Positions 50,384 through 54,062 of a stretch of DNA of 54,062 bases are shown piece after piece. The notes below the pieces were generated by a model, which made no database searches, was not told where the DNA came from, and saw only the letters and a program-made list of their open reading frames with translations. Source of the DNA: Eledone cirrhosa (Eukaryota); contig CAXHJY010001638.1 in NCBI GenBank assembly GCA_964016885.1, positions 1 to 54,062 of the forward strand. Reading direction: 5' to 3'. Each line of letters begins with the position of its first letter. The stretch's first letter is position 1. The position numbers and the translations under genes were made by a program.

Positions 50384-50718
50384 TGGAGGCACATGGCTTA
50401 GTGGTTAGAGCATTGGCCTTGCAATCGAAAGGTTGTGAGTTCAATTCTCAGACTGGGTGATGTGTTGTTTCCTTGGGCAAGACACTTTATTTCACATTGC
50501 TCCAGTTTACTCAGCTGTAGAAATGAGATGATAGGGACAGGGGCCCCTATCATTCCACTGCAAAGTGGTCGTGGAGGTGCCACGGCAAAAAAGCACCCAG
50601 CACTCACTGTAAATGAGGTTGGTGTTAGGAAGGGCATCCAGCTGTAGAAATTAAGCCAGCATCAGTTCCCGTCCCACCCTTGCAAGCAGGGAAAAGTGGA
50701 CGTAAAATGAAATGATGA
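50384..50718 (+). mobile_element. Family B SINE, full length, with RTE tail
   Basis: A and B boxes are present. The tail CCCGTCCCACCCTTGCAAGCAGGGAAAAG.GGACGTAAAATGA matches RTE 8422-8464. Confidence 0.88.
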
Positions 50719-52756
<2,038 letters not shown>

Positions 52757-54062
52757 AAACCCAAGTTCATCATTACACAGCGTCTCGATGATAGACTGAA
52801 ACTCGACATCGAAACTAACTTCTGTCGGACAGCTTATCAACTGAAATGGCTAACCGCCATCCAAAACAACACCGAGATCGATTACAACCCCACAACCCAC
52901 CCCACACTCCCCACGTATCACCTCGACAACCCACTCCACCCCCCACCCACCAACCACGAACTTGACACTAAACTACTCAGGTTGAAACATTCTATCTCTA
53001 ACATCCTTTCCCAACACACACACACACACAATAAACGCAACCTCACCAATGCACAATTTAATACTCTCACCAACCTAAGATCCAGGAACCTTGTGTACCT
53101 TCCCTCTGACAAGGGGAAAGAATTCTGTGTCATCTCGAGAGAGACCTACAACAACTTAGCTCTCCAACATCTTAATGACCACAGCCTCTACTCGAAAGTC
53201 ACAGGGACCTCCTCGACTCTAATCGAGGAAGGCATTAACACCATATGGACTAACATCTGTGTCCAACGAAAACTGCCAAAGAAGGTAAAAAACAACATAA
53301 TGACTCGAAACAGCAAATTACCCACCTTCTACCACTGGTCAAAACACATAAACAAGGACCCGATTTGAAAATCAGGCCCATTGTCTCTAGCGTGGAGGGC
53401 CCACTCTATAAAATATCGTGGCTGCTCTCCACACTACTCAAACCTATTCTACACACACTACCAGCCCACGTCTGCAGCTCAATGGAAGTCTTGGAGCGAC
53501 TACACCATCTGGCGCCCAACACCAGAAAGGACAACGGTTATGCCTTCAGTCTTGATGTGGTCTCCCTTTATACCACCGTACCAGCATCCCCAGCTGTCGA
53601 CCTGTTTGACCGAACGAGTCCGAGCATCTAACCTACACTGCTTCGGACTCACACACACGGACATCCACCAACTCCTCTCCTTCGTTGTGGATAATGCACT
53701 CTTCAATTTCCTCGGCCACACGTACAAACAAATCTCTGGGCTACCTATGGGCTCTAGTCTGTCCGGCATACTTGCGATCTCGTACATGGACCACCTGGAA
53801 CGCAAGGCACTCAATACCTGCCAACCCAACGCCGTCGCCTTCTACTCCAGATACGTTGATGATATCCTGATACTTACTTCTTCCCGGGAGATGGCGAATG
53901 AAATTCACCAAATCTTCAACGATACTGACCAACACATCGATTTCACCATCGAACACCCGGGAGAAGACGGGTCTCTCGCCCTCCTCGACTTCCGTATCAA
54001 CATCTCGAACAAGGAGACATAAACACCACTTTCTACCGCAAAGCAGCGTGCAAGGACCTATT
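52757..54062 (+). mobile_element. Penelope-like element reverse transcriptase, disrupted and running off the window
   Basis: PLE RT motifs PSDKG, KIRPIVS, SLDVVSLYT, YKQISGLPMGSSLS, YSRYVDD and FTIE..LLD. Frameshifts at ~53340 and ~53605 and a stop at 54020. Confidence 0.9.

Overview
AT-rich, microsatellite-dense animal genomic DNA. The mix of RTE LINEs with (CAT)n tails, tRNA-head SINEs, Helitrons, Penelope-like elements and very long (TA)n arrays suggests a coleoid cephalopod such as octopus; this is inference. Host genes: a complete five-exon NOP16 (minus strand, 24469 to 16575, 195 aa) and, head-to-head about 22 kb away, a 50-nt first coding exon resembling the DHX15/Prp43 N-terminus (46481-46530). 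The rest is mostly transposon: about ten RTE copies or fragments, two SINE families, a decayed ~7.2-kb Helitron with small relatives, TTAA/piggyBac-type MITEs and three Penelope-like remnants. The main unannotated signal is about ten type I hammerhead ribozyme motifs from several sequence families. These include U3-A8 core variants and one whose helix III is a (TA)12 microsatellite. They also include a non-coding, hammerhead-bounded, microsatellite-filled retrozyme-like unit arranged as a 1.75-kb palindrome (40551-42304). All structures were read by eye; no folding, alignment or database search was run.
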